Sequence record: SRR20825010_1
Length of the DNA: 49,215 bases
Direction: 5' to 3' (one strand)
Shown one piece after another: positions 47,001-49,215 of the stretch (position 1 is the first letter of the stretch; every line of letters begins with the position of its first letter). The translations under genes were made by a program, and so were the position numbers. The notes under the pieces are model-generated. The model saw only the letters and a list, made by a program, of their open reading frames with translations, did not search any database and was not told the origin of the DNA.

Positions 47001-47334
47001 CGCGATCCCAGGCGTCGTCGATCTTCGCCCCTGGCAACCATTCTTCGAGTTCGACAAAGATGACCGATTGTTCGCTGCTGGAGGTAGAGCGAATCAGGCG
47101 GACCTCCTCCATTCCATCGATGGCTTCCTCGAGAGGATCGGTGACCAGCTCTTCCATCTTTTCCGCCGACGCACCTGGCCAGCGTGCCGAAACGACACAG
47201 ATTTTCAATGTGAATTCGGGGTCTTCACGGCGAGGCATTGTCAAAGCGGCGATGATGCCCCAGCAGACAAACATCATCACAAAGGCAATGACGACGGTCG
47301 GGCGTGCGACGGCAAATGCGGGTAGGCGATTCAT
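44005..47334 (-). CDS. RND efflux permease (AcrB/AcrD/AcrF family)
   Basis: PRREDP, WPGASAEKMEELVTDPLEE, GLLVDNAV, GIVLNAAIL, RLTAIFLTTATTVGGLVPL; 12-TM architecture. Confidence 0.95.
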   Translation of the reverse strand: MNRLPAFAVARPTVVIAFVMMFVCWGIIAALTMPRREDPEFTLKICVVSARWPGASAEKMEELVTDPLEEAIDGMEEVRLIRSTSSSEQSVIFVELEEWLPGAKIDDAWDRVRARVENVPMPDPSVVPFVNDEFADTSVILFAVHQQPTDGSDSIDPAFVYTDRELDIYSERIRDALRLLPGVAKVERHGVREEAIYVETDERNWSQLELTIDQIADLAQAQNIVEPGGRIDAGDGRFFVKPAGEVNALAEINRLVVSGVPSRGGVNPIHLEDLGLRVRRGYVDPPTRICRYGDVHLEATANVVAVQMKSGANIVDICSSAKQRIVELRNSGELPPDLAVPIISDQSDSVNQRLREVVMNIISAIMIVVVVVYLVVGFRTAAVMAANIPFVVLTSLAIVTLFGVQLEQMSLASMIISLGLLVDNAVQICDQARTNQIAGMPPKEAAVQGAQTLGKSMLNGTLTTIAAFVPMLIAMDGVNREFIYSLPTTLSVMLAVSWVLAMTFCVILAAWFIRPPKDPSKPTAPLPWLMGKLSSSRLGRRFGSHRTTASSSELPAGQSELAPQATATDGIFFRLYGSSLRWALRHRFITIAAAFGALLATTQLPISAEFFPLTQRNQFAVEVWLPESSSIAQTDELAREVEDMIRRCSVFLDEDGNQKERLLNMRTMVGGGGARWYLSWEPEALKPNFAEILIQTTDGKLTHEFAEKLRHVIAHGDPDLGLQPIVGARVVPIELLLGPPADPVVLRVVGNGFANMKTLRNAADRIKKMVNSNPDTISLSDSWGVSSQELYVDVESDRANLARVSNTEVAKTLDTYFSGRLLTYYREGEHQIPVYFRLEPDSRSLSSIANAHVETSQGKLPLASIASIVPQWRPALIDRRDGNRTIEVRSQVKVGASGNDITTGVFSSPEMKALQAELPDGYKVEVGGALEESQKAQIKMLKSFGMSFVAIIILLIVQFNSLFRTSIIVATLPLALAGALLGLWLTNSAFGFMPQLGVLALFGIVLNAAILFVEFADMSVSESNSKQMSDTDATEEFQNAIVSAGQQRLTAIFLTTATTVGGLVPLALDGGPLWEGMAWLLVSGLSFATLLTLIVVPVLYSFGRRWSPS

Positions 47335-49031
47335 CGGGCAACCACCGATCCGGATTGCTTAGGTACGACTCGAACTCGATCACCGTCGTCGAGGTAGTGA
47401 GTGCCGCGGACGACAACCTGGGTACCATCGAGCACGTCACCGGATTCGACTGGTTCAATGCAGAGAATCAACGAATCTTCGTCCAATGAGTCTTCGTCTT
47501 TGACATTGATTTGAACGCGTCTCGCTGTTGGTTCTGACTGCATGTTGTCCACGATATGGACGAACGTCTCACCATTCTCTTGGCGGACCGCCTTCATGGG
47601 AACATAGAACCCGACGTTGGAATTGTCGGGGATCAATGCAACCCGAACGGTATCGCCAGCACGAAGCATCCAACGGGTTTGTTCCAAATAGACGTGTTCA
47701 TTCTGTTTTCGAAGCAGCGCCTCACGTTCCGGTTGCGAACCATCGATTGCCAAGAGTTGGCCCGTGATCAAGTCGTTGTCGAGATCGATGGATGAAGGAT
47801 CCGCAAATTCGATGGCAACGAAATTCCATGTGCCCAAGAACGGAATCACATCACTGACGAGATTCACTTTCATTCGCTGAACCGTCAATCTGCGATCATG
47901 AGCATTTGAAAGTTGGTTCCAGGATCGATTGGTGACCTTCCACACAAACGACTCTTCGCCGATCCGATGGATACAGCGTTGCTCAACCAGAAGACGCCGG
48001 TCGCCCGTGACAATGGGGCCGATGTTGAGAGGGAAGATGTCTTTGGTTTTCAATTGAGCTTGCGAAGATGCATGCAAATCAACGCTGCTTTCCTGTTGGT
48101 TGCGAACGTGCAGCGATACCGTGAACGTTCGGGTGTTGGCATCCGCAATGGAGTCCACGGTGTAGACCATACCTGTGACACGATGTTGGCTTCCGTCATG
48201 ACCGGTCACCGTCACGCCGAGAGTGTCACCACGTTGATAGCGACGAGAATTCGCCGCAGTGACTTCGAACTCCACTAACATTGGGTCAACCATTTGCACG
48301 GTCACGATCGGATCGCCTTCTTTGACATAAGTCCCAGGGACCGCATGAATCTCAGTGACTTGGCCGGGGAAGGAGCTGTAGAGTGTTGTATTTCTCAGAT
48401 TTCGCTCCGCTTCGGCCAATCGCTGGCTGGCCTGTTGCACTTGAGCGTCCAGCGCCAATTGTTCCGCGTTGGCCTGGGCCAGTTCAGCGGTCGCACTGTC
48501 GACCTGAAGTTGTGCTGTCGATGCTCGAGTGCGAGTGGTGTCCAGTTCCGATCCTGACATCGCGTTGGAGCGTGATAGCCTTTGAGCGCGATCCAATTCT
48601 CGCTGGGCCAATTGCAGTTCAGCTTCCGCTGTGCGGATTCGACTCGGCAACCGTTGTTCGATCGAGATCAGGTTGGCTTCTCGCCGACGTTGGGCAACTG
48701 CCAAGTCGGCACGTGCAGCATCAACCGCTATTTGAAACTGTTCTTCATTGAGGCGAGCGAGTGGAACGCCAATGCGACCGTTCCCGATTCCGGTCGCCAT
48801 TTCGTTGGGTTCAATCACCTGCACCACGCGTCCGGCCTGTTCGAATGCGATTCGTTCGGCTTTCCAAGGAGCGACGGAAGCGGTGGTGTGATGTTGGTAG
48901 GAAGGACTGCTCGGTTGCAACCTCATCACGGTGACGGTTTTGGGCGGCTTGTCGACTTCAGCGGAATCGGTCGCCGATTCGCTGGAACATCCAATCGTCG
49001 CGAGCAACAAGCAAGCCGTGCTGGAGGCCAT
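47331..49031 (-). CDS. RND periplasmic adaptor (membrane fusion protein), lipoprotein
   Basis: Lipobox TIG-C, lipoyl halves (GRVVQV; SSFPGQVTEIHAVPG) flanking a long helical hairpin, ADANTRTFTV, VVRGTHYLDDGDRV; ATGA overlap with the permease. Confidence 0.9.
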   Translation of the reverse strand: MASSTACLLLATIGCSSESATDSAEVDKPPKTVTVMRLQPSSPSYQHHTTASVAPWKAERIAFEQAGRVVQVIEPNEMATGIGNGRIGVPLARLNEEQFQIAVDAARADLAVAQRRREANLISIEQRLPSRIRTAEAELQLAQRELDRAQRLSRSNAMSGSELDTTRTRASTAQLQVDSATAELAQANAEQLALDAQVQQASQRLAEAERNLRNTTLYSSFPGQVTEIHAVPGTYVKEGDPIVTVQMVDPMLVEFEVTAANSRRYQRGDTLGVTVTGHDGSQHRVTGMVYTVDSIADANTRTFTVSLHVRNQQESSVDLHASSQAQLKTKDIFPLNIGPIVTGDRRLLVEQRCIHRIGEESFVWKVTNRSWNQLSNAHDRRLTVQRMKVNLVSDVIPFLGTWNFVAIEFADPSSIDLDNDLITGQLLAIDGSQPEREALLRKQNEHVYLEQTRWMLRAGDTVRVALIPDNSNVGFYVPMKAVRQENGETFVHIVDNMQSEPTARRVQINVKDEDSLDEDSLILCIEPVESGDVLDGTQVVVRGTHYLDDGDRVRVVPKQSGSVVAR

Positions 49032-49215
49032 GACAAACAAACGCGGTTGAGTTCGGATAGGCACAATCGTTCGTTTCCTTAGTTGGACGCGATGAAAGGT
49101 CAACGAGAGAAGGAGAGCCTGCAATGGCTTTCCACGAAGCGGAGCAGCTCAAGTAACAGAGGTGTCATTGGGGAGGCTAAGAGGTTGTTGATTTATTGAG
49201 CCGCACCGCGTTAGC

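Noticed and set aside
1-49215. CRISPR arrays, IS elements, prophage, rRNA/tRNA or defence systems
   Set aside because: No repeat-spacer arrays, transposase or integrase motifs, or structural RNA signatures were seen by eye; the CHAT protein is exported and has no adjacent cas or effector genes.

Overview
About 49 kb of chromosomal DNA, very probably from a planctomycete of the Rhodopirellula/Pirellulaceae type. This is inferred from a DUF1581/1583-like protein, a G|PTAVEY Flp pilin, an insertion-rich LepB, a sulfatase and a FlgI-HEAT fusion. Housekeeping genes (queA, ychF, carA, proS, lnt, lepB, lptB, ilvA, queD, rdgB) are interleaved with a partial Tad/Flp pilus locus, carbohydrate and sulfate enzymes, a DoxX plus Tat-exported Gfo/Idh/MocA pair, a RoxA-like di-heme cytochrome c, a TPR/CHAT protein and an RND pump pair. 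The ORF track missed two real genes: queA (runs off the left edge) and a 59-aa Flp pilin. The most notable signal is layered regulation of the Tad locus. A sigma70-like promoter drives a well-formed c-di-GMP-I (GEMM) riboswitch upstream of the pilin. It is followed by a long hairpin, a 36-codon membrane-peptide ORF, and CsrA-like GGA sites in the cpaA and cpaC leaders. I saw no CRISPR array, rRNA, tRNA or mobile element. All family calls come from motif recognition by eye; no searches were run.
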